64,000 nucleotides of DNA from Eledone cirrhosa (Eukaryota), in contig OZ024742.1 of the NCBI GenBank assembly GCA_964016885.1, positions 323,764,001 to 323,828,000 on the forward strand, in the 5' to 3' direction. The translations under genes and the position numbers were made by a program. Within the stretch, counting starts at the first letter, position 1; every line of letters begins with the position of its first letter. This document shows, one piece after another, positions 18,001 through 29,071 of this stretch. The notes beneath the pieces are model-generated. The model made no database searches, was not told where the DNA came from, and saw only the letters and a list, made by a program, of their open reading frames with translations.

Positions 18001-20460
18001 CAACACACTACCACCATCTACAACACACTACCGCCATCTACAACACACTACTTCCATCTACAATACACTACTTCCATCTACAACACACTACTTCCATCTA
18101 TACCACACTACTGCCTTCTGCAACACATTACCTCCATCTACAACACACTACTGCCATCTACAACACACTATCGCCATCTACACCAGACTACCGCCATCTA
18201 CAACACTACTGCCATCTACAACACACTACTTCCATCTACAACACACTACTGCCATCTACAACACATTACCTCCATCTACAACACACTACTGCCATCTACA
18301 CCACACTACCTCCATCTACAACACACTACCGCCATCTAAAACACACTACCGCCATCTACAACACACTACTGCCATCTACAACACTACTGCCATCTACAAC
18401 ACACTACTGCCATCTACAACACACTACTGCCATCTACAACACACTACTTCCATCTACAACACACTACTTCCATCTACAACACACTACTTCCATCTACACC
18501 ACACTACTGCCATCTGCACCACACTACCTCCATCATCAACACACTACAGCCATCTACAACACACTACAGCCATCTACAACGCACTGCCGCCATCTACATC
18601 GCACTACCGCCATCTACAAAGCGCTACTGCCATCTACAACACACTACTGCCATCTACAACACACTATCGCCATCTATAACACACTATCGCCATCTACAAC
18701 ACACTATCGCCATCTACAACACACTACCGCCATCTACAACAGACTACCGCCATTTACAACAGACTACTGCCATCTACAACACACTACCGCCATCTACAAC
18801 ACACTACCGCCATCTACAACACACTACTTCCATCTACAACACACTTCCGCCATCTACTACACACTACCTCCATCTACAACACACTACTGCCATCTACAAT
18901 ACACTACCGCCATCTACAACACACTACTGCCATCTACAACACACTTCCGCCATCTACAACACACTACCTCCATCTACAATACACTACTGCCATCTACAAC
19001 ACACTTCCGCCATCTACCACACACTACCTCCATCTACAACACACTACTGCCATCTACAACACACTACTGCCATCTACAACACACTACCGCCATCTACAAC
19101 ACACTACTTCCATCTACAACACACTACCGCCATCTATAACACACTAATGCCGTCTACAACACACTACCGCCATCTACCACACACTACCGCCATCTTCAAC
19201 GCACTACCGCCATCTACATCGCACTACCGCCATCTACAAAGCGCTACTGCCATCTACAACATACTACTGCCATCTACAACACATCGCCATCTACAACACA
19301 CTACTTCCATTTAGAACACACTACTTCCATCTACAACACTATCGCCATCTACCACACGCTACCTCCATCTACAACACACTACTGCCATCTACAACACACT
19401 ACTGCCATCTACAACACACTACTGCCATCTACAACACACTACCGCCATCTACAACACACTACCGCCATCTACAACAGACTACTGCCATCTACAACACACT
19501 ACCGCCATCTACAACACACTACTGCCATCTACAACACACTATCGCCATCTACAACACACTACTTCCATTTAGAACACACTACTTCCATCTACAACACTAT
19601 CGCCATCTACCACACACTACCTCCATCTACAACACACTACTGCCATCTACAACACACTACTGCCATCTACAACAGACTACCGCCATCTACAACACACTAC
19701 CACCATCTACAACACACTACTTCCATCTACCACACACTACCTCCATCTACAATATACTACCACCATCTACAACACACTACCTCCATCTACAACACACTAC
19801 CTCCATCTACAACACACTACCGCCATCTACAACACACTACTTTCATCTACAACACACTACTTCCATCTACACCACACTACCGCCATCTACACCACACTAT
19901 CACCATCTACACCACACTACCACCATCTACAACACACTACCTCCATCTACAACACACTACCTCCATCTACAACACACTACCACCATCTACAACACACTAC
20001 CGCCATCTACAACACACTACCTCCATCCACAACACACTACCTCCATCTACAACACACTACCTCCATCTACAACACACTACTTCCATCTACAACATACTAC
20101 CGCCATCTACAACACACTACTTCCCTCTACAACACACTACCGCCATCTACAACACACTACTGCCATGTACACCACACTACCACCATCTACAACACACTAC
20201 TGCCATCTACACCACACTACCCCCATCTACCACACACTACCGCCATCTACAACACACTACCGCCTTCTACAACACACACACTACCACCATCTACAACACA
20301 CACACTACCACCATCTACAACACACTACCGCCATCTACAACACACTACCGCCATCTACAACACACTACCACCATCTACAACACACACACTACCACCATCT
20401 ACAACACACTACCACCATCTACAACACACACACTACCTCCATCTACAACAATCTACTGCC
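1..20460. repeat. 20-bp tandem satellite array (about 1000 units), extends beyond the left edge of the window
   Basis: Uninterrupted units CTAC(TG/CG/TT/CT/CA)CCATCTACAACACA. Recurrent variant cassettes (ctacaaagcg, ctacatcgca, ctaaaacacactacagcc). Becomes more degenerate, with 18/22/24-bp units, from about 17.5 kb. Confidence 0.99.
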
Positions 20461-20730
20461 ATCTACAACATACGCTACCACCATCGACGACACACACACC
20501 CTAACACCATATGCAATACACTACCTTTACAGTTCTATAGTTGTGTATTACAGTTCTATATTACAGGTCTACAGTTCCATATTTCTTTGTGTTACAGTTC
20601 TATAGTTGTGTATTACAGTTCTACAATTCTGTTACAGTTCTATATCTCTATATTACTATTCTACTAGTTGTTACCATTCTTTGTGGCCTGAACTTCTGAT
20701 GGCGCCCACACTACCACTTTTTTGACATAC
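20449..20730. repeat. Satellite border segment, copy 1 (copy 2 at 21961-22198)
   Basis: caatctactgcc...cttctgatggcgcccacactaccacttttttgacatac occurs twice. Copy 1 has 44 extra bp. Both contain ttacagttcta sub-repeats. Confidence 0.95.
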
Positions 20731-21990
20731 CACCATCTACAACACACACACTACCACCATCTACAACACACTACCGCCATCTACAACACACTACCGCCAT
20801 CTACAACACACTACCACCATCTACAACACACACTACCACCATCTACAACACACTACCACCATCTACAACACACTACTGCCATCTACAACACACTACTGCC
20901 ATCTACAACACACTACTGCCATCTACAACACACTACCTCCATCTACAACACACTACTGCCATCTACAACACACTACTGCCATCTACAACACACTACCGCC
21001 ATCTACAACACACTACCACCATCTACAACACACTACCTCCATCTACAACACACTACTGCCATCTACAACACACTAATGCCATCTACAACACACTACCACC
21101 ATCTACAACACACTACCTCCATCTACAACACACTACTTCCATCTACAACACACTACTTCCATCTACAACACACTACTTCCATCTACAACGCACTACTTCC
21201 ATCTACAACACACTACTTCCATCTACAACACACTACTTTCATCTACAACACACTATCGCCATCTACAAAACACTACTGCCATCTACAACACACTACCACC
21301 ATCTACAACACACTACTGCCATCTACAACACACTACCACCATCTACAACACACTACCTCCATCTACAACACACTACATCCATCTACAACACACTACTTCC
21401 ATCTACAACACACTACTTCCATCTACAACACACTACTTCCATCTACAACACACTACCGCCATCTACACCACACTACCGCCATCTACACCACACTACCGCC
21501 ATCTACACCACACTTCCGCCATCTACACCACACTACCACCATCTACACCACACTACCACCATCTACAACACACTACCTCCATCTACAACACACTACTTTC
21601 ATCTACAACACACTACTTCCATCTACAACACACTACCGCCATCTACAACACTCTACCACCATCTACAACACACTACCTCCATCTACAACACACTACCACC
21701 ATATACAACACACTACTTCCATCTACAACACACTACTGCCATCTACAACACACTACTTCCATCTACAACACACTACCACCATCTACAACACACTACCGCC
21801 TTCTACAACACACTACCGCCTTCTACAACACACACACTACCACCATCTTCAACACACACACTACCACCATCTACAACACACTACCGCCATCTACAACACA
21901 CTACCGCCATCTACAACACACTACCACCATCTACAACACACACACTACCACCATCTACAACAATCTACTGCCATCTACAACATACGCTAC
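20731..21990. repeat. Second block of the same 20-bp satellite
   Basis: Same unit resumes at 20731 after a non-satellite spacer and ends at a second copy of that spacer. Confidence 0.97.
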
Positions 21991-22404
21991 CACCATCGAC
22001 GACACACACACCCTAACACCATATGCAATACACTACCTTTACAGTTCTATAGTTGTGTATTACAGTTCTATATTACAGGTCTACAGTTCTACAATTCTGT
22101 TACAGTTCTATATCTCTATATTACTATTCTACTAGTTGTTACCATTCTTTGTGGCCTGAACTTCTGATGGCGCCCACACTACCACTTTTTTGACATACAA
22201 TGTCTCATGAGTATTTTAATTTTAGCAAAACTAGTCTTTCCCACAGGGTGACCGCACCTGCCTTTTCCCAGGTAGAAACAATGGTTGTAGGTGGGTGGTT
22301 TGGAAGAGAGGCATATGGGTGTTTTGGGAGGTTAGCTAGGTGGGAGGTTTGGGACAGTAGGTTGGTAGCTGGTTTGTGGATGGGTAGGAAAGATAGAACC
22401 CAGT

Positions 22405-22552
22405 ATTTAATTGGTGCTTTATTTATCAATTTTAAAAGCAAGAATGAAAAGCAAAATTGGCTGTGGCAGGATTTGAACTCAGAGTGCAGAAAACTAGGAC
22501 AAATACCATAAGGTATTCTATCTAACACTCTAACACTCTATTAACTCTGCCA
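22405..22552 (-). mobile_element. Degenerate tRNA-derived SINE (family A)
   Basis: ggatttgaactcaga is the reverse complement of the B-box. Flanking sequence resembles the intact copies at 44331 and 59870. Confidence 0.6.
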
Positions 22553-22951
22553 ACACATATTTCTATGTTATAGATCAATGTTTCTATTCTATTATAATTT
22601 CGCATTTCTATTCTGTATTTCCATATTATAATTTGATGAATGCATGTGTGTGTGGTTGGTGTGTAGCAGACTTGTTAAATTGCTGATAAAAATACCTGTG
22701 GGATTTGGGTACATTCTTTTACACTATATATACTTCAAATACTATCCTGATTCACATTGCCTTTCATCCTTCGAAGAGCTGGTTGGTGTCGTGGTGATGT
22801 ATTTGAATAAACATTAGAAGGGGGCCTTCCAGCACGACTACTGTCCAATGACTAAAACTGATAAAAGAATAAATGAATATTAGAATGTAAATATATAATT
22901 TACACACATATTCTTTCATTTAACATTCTCTTTAACATTCCGCTATTTCAG

Positions 22952-23125
22952 GTGCTTGACTACCACAAAATCTACAAATCCATGTTAAAACCTGCCTACC
23001 TCTTCGATGGACGAATTATATTAGACCACCAAGCTCTTATAAATATTGGATTTCACGTTGAGACTGTGGGCAAAAGACTTAATAGGTGGAATGCCTCTCG
23101 CCCAATAGCTACCGCAAGGCCTTAA
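22952..23125 (+). CDS. UGDH: UDP-glucose 6-dehydrogenase, terminal coding exon (upstream exons lie left of the window)
   Basis: Acceptor ctatttcag| then VLDYHKIYKSMLKPAYLFDGRIILDHQALINIGFHVETVGKRLNRWNASRPIATARP*. This matches the animal UGDH C-terminus (human [25 protein letters not shown]...IGFQIETIGKK, recalled). Not in the ORF track. Confidence 0.92.
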   Translation: MLDYHKIYKSMLKPAYLFDGRIILDHQALINIGFHVETVGKRLNRWNASRPIATARP

Positions 23126-24796
23126 ATGTGATGACATGCTTTAAGCAACCGGGGGATTTGTTTTATTTCATTTTTTATTGTGGGGTTTGCGAGGGAGAAG
23201 GGGGTCATTTTTATTTTATTTTATTTTTTTAAAGAAATGGAACTTCACCTCTCTCAGATCATGGTTTTAATTATTCCCTCCTCTACTCACCATGTTATTC
23301 CTAACTACTAACCTTCACTCATGGTCTTAATTATTCCCTGCTCCACCTACCATGGCCCTAACTAATTATCTTTACTTATCTTGTCATTAGTTTCTTTATT
23401 TTTCCAATTCCATGTTTCATTAACTAAGATAAAGGTGCAATAGAGTAAACTAACAGCAAACCTGATCTGCTTTCAAATTTCTGCACTTATACAAAATACC
23501 ATTGAGAAAGACATGAACATCATTCAATTTTTAAAAAAATTTTTTTTTTTCTATTGCATTCAAGATTTTGCATCTATTTTGTAAGAAATCGATAATACTG
23601 GTTTTGGATACCGTGAAATCATGATTATAGATAGTTATGACTCTCAGAGAATCATGACTCGATAAGCCAAATTTTAATTCTCATTAGAACTTCTTCTCAT
23701 TAACCCAATTCACACTCATCCTCTACTGCTAGTCTGCCTATGTAAAACTGTTTTGTTTTTTTCATTGTCAAAACTTTGACAAATTCTTCAGTTATTTTTA
23801 TGGGGGATCTGTATTTAAATATTTCCTTTCAAGCCTGTGATTAAAGTTGTCCAGTTGGCCAGTATTAGTATTTTCCAGCTACTCAAGATACATTGAATAT
23901 ACCCCATCACTTAATGTACTGCATGAAAACCCTTGTTAAAGAAAATATCATGTATTTTTCTCCCTGTCAACATACATCTGTTTGATCCATGTTACAGAAT
24001 CTGTTGCTGGCTAACTTTTTTATGCAATACTTATAAGAGCCTTGACAGAATGTCTCAAAGTTCATATGGTATATATGGTTTCTGTTAAACAGTGCTGTGT
24101 TCTCACAGACTCTCAATATTTTTTAATGTCTTTTGTAAATGTTTTTTTAAGGTAATTATATCATGGTTCATTTGAAAATTGCTTTAAACAAATTTAGATA
24201 TGTATAGGGTGTATGTATATATATGTGTATATATATGTATGTATGTGTGTTCCTGTGAACAAATCATTTACAAGACATTGATGTGTTTATCTGTGAGGGA
24301 GAGACTGGCTAATTCTGCTCTCTACAGCTTGGGAAAAAAATCAGCTAAAGATTTTATCTGTAAGTCTGGTTAGACTCAATACTATGACTACTTATCCAAC
24401 ATAACCTATGAAATTATTACAATGAGGAGAGTCAAAAGGAATATTTTTGTTGACCATTAAAATCCAAAGAATTTAGATGCATATTCATACATTTAATGTT
24501 GTGGACATTCTGATTTTGAATTTTGCCAAAGTTAACTTTCATCCTTCCAGAGTTAATTAAATACCAGTAAAATACTGAAGTAGATATTATTTCCCTCTCA
24601 TAAGTTCTCATTTTAGAAATCAATATAACTGAGTGAGGAGTGTGACTCTAGAAGTGAACAATAGTTGGAGAGTGAGTATAACTGAATGCTTGCAAAATAT
24701 ATTAGACAATATTTTCTTGTGTGGAAGCACTATCTCAAATACATGAGCAGTAGTATAATACAAGGGAATTCTTGACTTTGTTAAAGGTTTAGTAGT

Positions 24797-25135
24797 TCAT
24801 CATCATCACCGTTTAATGTCTATTTTCCAAACTTGCTTGAATACTCTGTTTTGGCTTGGTTTCTATGGCTGAAGGCCCTTCCTAATGCCAACCATTTTAC
24901 AGCATGTACTGGGAGCATAGTATTGTGACTCCAGCATTACAACTTTACAGGACTGGGTGCTTTTCATTGTGGCACTACCACTACCACCTTATAGGATGAA
25001 CTGGGTGCCTTTTATCGCGGTACCAGCACTACCACCTTACAGACTGAATAGGGTGCTTTTAATCATAGTACCAGCAATACTACTACAGACTGGATAGGGT
25101 ACTTTTTATTGTGGCACCAGTGCTTATCACTTTAC
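24797..25135 (-). mobile_element. RTE 3'-UTR-derived element with an internal ~45-bp tandem repeat
   Basis: (CAT)n tail at 24798, then cccttcctaatgccaaccattttacag and repeated ctgggtgctttt...gcactaccaccttacag units. Reverse complement of the LINE 3' UTR at 32260-32497. Confidence 0.7.
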
Positions 25136-26649
25136 AACATTAATGTGCTCAGTGTGTCCTTAGTTAAACAGAGGAGACATATTATCATCATCATTTAACA
25201 TTTGTTCTCCCTGCTAATAAAATATAAAATTAATTACTAATTTATTAGTTACATTTATGAACAACAATTTAGAATGAAGAACAACGCCACTAAAGAAACT
25301 TGAATCAGATATCTCTTATTTGCTGTTTCAACATGCTACCACTTACAACCCCCTTTAATGCAAATAGTTTATTTTCTCAGTAACTAATGCTTCAGTTTCC
25401 ATTGGTAAATTTTAGTTTTTATTGTTGCTTGTAAAATATATGGATTTCTAACATAGGCACAAACATATTTTTGCTGGGGGTTGTAGTCAATTAGATTGAT
25501 CACTGATGCTTCACAGCATGTGTGTATTAGATTTTGCTTCAAACTCTGAAATTCATTGTTTGCTGCCAAATTGATTCCCTCCAACAATTCCTACTAAAAA
25601 GGCATTTCCAGTAGTTGAATGGCGATGATGATAATTTAGGACACTAAAACCAAGGATCGCCCAAGTTAGTTTTTGCCAAATTTAACAATTTTATGGATTT
25701 AAAAAAAATATATCTTTTCATTTCTTTCTAGTTCTTGGTTATTAGGAAACACCTTTACCATAAAGCCTTCCTTCGTTTTCTTACAGTGACTGATGTAACT
25801 TAATTGTTTGTTGTTGTTGATGAGGATGATATTAAAACATAATTTTGGTACTTTACAACCAGTCTTATGTTTTTGTTCTCAAAAAAATTCTTTATATATA
25901 TCAGAATACCGGCGATTTAGTTCAGATCTAGCTGTTGAAACGGCCGGAGCTCAGCCATCGTGGTCCTGATCTTTATATATATATATACACACACACAAAA
26001 GAATCTCTAAAATCATTTAGTTTTAAATTAATTTGGTCCTCATCTATGTTCATTTACATGCACACACATACATGTTTCTACACACACACACACATAAACA
26101 GGTGCAATTCGTAATGCGTTTCACATCTTATTACACCATCTATTTGTTGTATTTCTAAGTAATGGTGTTTGATTGACTCAGTACCTTTTGCTTCAACCAA
26201 ACATAGATTTTTATCTAAAGCTCATTCATCAGGCAAGTCATATATATACCCACACATATGCTGTTATTGTAATCTCAATGAAAAGTGGGGGTTCACAGTA
26301 CAATATTGGGGTTTTGTATGGCATTTAATTTTTTTTTTTTCTATTTTCCAATAAGTTTATCATCTTATTAAGTCTTTCTTCAGAAATCTCATGCCTTCCT
26401 CTCAAATCTTCACCAATTTCACACCCTGCATGACTTATTTCGTAAGAAATAATTATTTTAAATATGATGTGCCATTGTGATAAATTCAAAAGAACCTAAA
26501 GTCTTATAAATATTGTTGCGTCCGACTTATAACTGTCTTCTGCATTCAGCAAAAATACTAATTACACCCCCCCCCCCCCACTCCGAAAAAGCAAACTTGA
26601 AAATAAAATCTCATGCTACATGTTTATAGAATTATTATTAGAGTGGTAA

Positions 26650-27040
26650 GGGCGGTGGATTGGCAGAATCGGTAGGGCATCGGACAACCATGCTTTGCAG
26701 CGTTCTGAGTTCAAATCCCACTACGGTTAGCTTTGCCTTTCATCCTTACGGAGTCAATAAATAAAGCACCAGTAATGCACGAGTCGATTTAATCGACTTT
26801 CTCCTCCCCTTCAAATTGCTGGCCTTGTGCCTAAAGTAGAAACAATTATTTGAGTGGTAAGAGTGATGCTGATGTGCAGTATTGTCAAAGCATCCTTAAT
26901 TCTTCTGGTTCAAATCCTACTGAGGTCAACTTTGCCTTTCATACTTCCTGGGTTGATAAAATAAAGTACCAGTTAAATACTGATGTCAATATAACCCCCC
27001 CCCCCCCCAATTTGTTGGTTGTGCCTAAATTAAAAACCAT
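26650..27040 (+). mobile_element. Two head-to-tail tRNA-derived SINEs (family A)
   Basis: TGGCAGAATCGG A-box-like, GAGTTCAAATCC B-box, core tttgccttttcatccttacggagtcaataa, tail gctggccttgtgcctaaagtagaaacaattatt. A second degenerate copy starts at about 26851. Confidence 0.8.
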
Positions 27041-27849
27041 TTTTAGGCTAGTGGAGAGTATTTATTCTGGCTCTTTACATTCTACCTTGCAGCATTTAAT
27101 TATATTCTCACATCTTGCATTTAAATCCTGCCAAGGCTAATATTTTGCCTTTTACCCTTCAAGAAGTTAATAAAATGTGTACCAAGCAAGTTTTTAGATG
27201 AATTTACTTCGCTATACCCTCTTCTATTAAGAGCTATCCATTTTTTTTCATGTCTTTATATTGTTTTTGTTTTGTTTTTTTCTTAGTGTGCAGCCTAGGC
27301 TGCATTTCAGGTTGAAGTCAATTCACATTACTTGGGGTTGAAGCAAGGTGCATAGAAGCTGAGTGTATGGCCTAGACTCCATTTCAGGTTGAAGCCAATT
27401 TACTTTACTTGGACATCATAAACAATTTAATTTATCCTTCCCCTCTTCTTCCTTAGAAATCTGAGGCCTTTGTGTCTGGTGCTGTAAACAATAACATTTT
27501 AACTCTGGGTTTTTTTTCTAATCAACACAAATTAATAAATTACGGACCTATAAAAGAATTGGACATTGTTTTGTTATTGTTTTGTTGTTCCTGTGAACAA
27601 TGATTGGTTCTTTGTATTTCAGCTGTTTGATTAATGTTCATGAGATTAATATGTAAATGGCTGAGCATTGCATAGACATATGTTCCCTTAATATAATTCT
27701 AAGGGAGATTCAGTGTGACAAAGCTAGACCTTTGAATTACAGGTTTCCTAACAGTTTCACTCACAAGGCTTGGGTCAACCTGAGGCTATGGTAAATGACA
27801 TTTGTCTAAGATGCCATGCTTCTTCTCTCTTCTTGAGTCATCCCTCCAT

Positions 27850-28335
27850 GCACAAAGTTCTTGTTCTAGTTTTCCTGATTTTTCATCGCAGCAAGAAGAT
27901 TCCATCCATTGAGGCCAGTATCTCTCACCAACAGAGTCCTGGTGGTTATGTTTGGACATCCTACTTGATGCTTTGCATCAGGTGACCAGAGAACAGTTTC
28001 CCTGCAGGTTCATCATGGCAGGAAATAAAACCAGCAAGAGCCAAGCGATAGAATTGAACTTTCTATGAACCTTGCAGCAGATCACTATAAAGAACTTTGT
28101 TGGTAGTGTGACTTTGCCATGAAATGTTGAACACCACATGTAACACGTTGGTGTAGGAACCATTAAGTCTCCTTGAGTGGACAACATTGAGAGTCCAAGA
28201 TTCTGACCCATATAGTAAGATGGTTTTGACTGTAGCTTTGAAGATCTTGGGGTGGGAGCTTTCCAGATGCCATGCAGCGGGAACAAATGCAGGACTTAAT
28301 GATTGTGCAGTGAATTTCGTAACCATTTGCATTAG
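27850..28335 (-). mobile_element. Degenerate RTE-like LINE fragment (C-terminal ORF region)
   Basis: KIFKATVKTILLYGSESWTL...RRLNG is a typical RTE post-RT motif; frameshifted. Confidence 0.7.
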
Positions 28336-29071
28336 ATAATGGTAATACTAAATAGTTCCAAAAAGATGGGACAATCAATGCTTTTCATCAGGGGTCTGCT
28401 GGATCAGGCTTGATTTGGGGCTAAACAACAACCAGTATAGAGAGATTCTTCTGGTGGGCCAAGCTTGCAACCTAGCTTCAATTTACACTTCACTTATGCC
28501 ATTAGTGCTTTTGAAAAACACAAATGTCATCTAATTTCATCTTCCTATAAAGTAAACAAAAAAATAATTTTATAAAATGGCCTCCTTGTCCCTCTTAATC
28601 TTTACCCCTCCCCCCACTATATCGTATTACGTGCCGGCTAGTTCACCCTTTCAATCACCAAATATAAATAAACCTGTTACGAGGTACGAATCTCAGAATT
28701 TGTCAGCGCTTATTAATGGTCAGACCTCGTCGCCCCCTGTGAAATGTAATGTAAATGCCATTTTTCCTTTCTCTCCAGCCTATCGGTCCATTCATTCATA
28801 TATCCATATCATTGCCCAGAATCAAATCTTTTGCTCTCTCTCAATGCTATTCTATAATTCTGTCTGGTTGTTCTAAATAATCTCCTTGTATTTTAAAAAT
28901 CCCATTATTCGCTTATTATTACTGTTATATGCTTGTCCAATTATGCCCAAAATTCGAAGATTTTATTTAAACCCTCTCGCTAATTACCCCATACCCCTCC
29001 CACCCGCCCACCCTCTCCACCATTATTATTAGGACCAATCATTAGTCAGCGGCCTATGCTATCACTTCTGG

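Noticed and set aside
1656-19139. Long ORFs of 588-752 aa as protein-coding genes (mucin-like or His-rich)
   Set aside because: They are translations of a 20-bp unit. Starts and stops are sporadic unit variants, there is no signal peptide or unique domain, and the region is probably intronic. Kept only as a low-interest hypothesis.
1-21990. CRISPR array or telomeric repeat
   Set aside because: No unique spacers, no cas genes, eukaryotic context, and no TTAGGG-type unit.
23260-23360. ~60-bp imperfect tandem duplication in the probable UGDH 3' UTR
   Set aside because: Only two diverged copies and no recognisable motif.
28960-28980. Target-site duplication of the RTE LINE (atttaaaccctct versus atttaacccttct at ~32497)
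   Set aside because: Imperfect match, and the right-hand sequence is better explained as the TTAA-CCCTT end of a MITE remnant; the LINE 5' end is unresolved.
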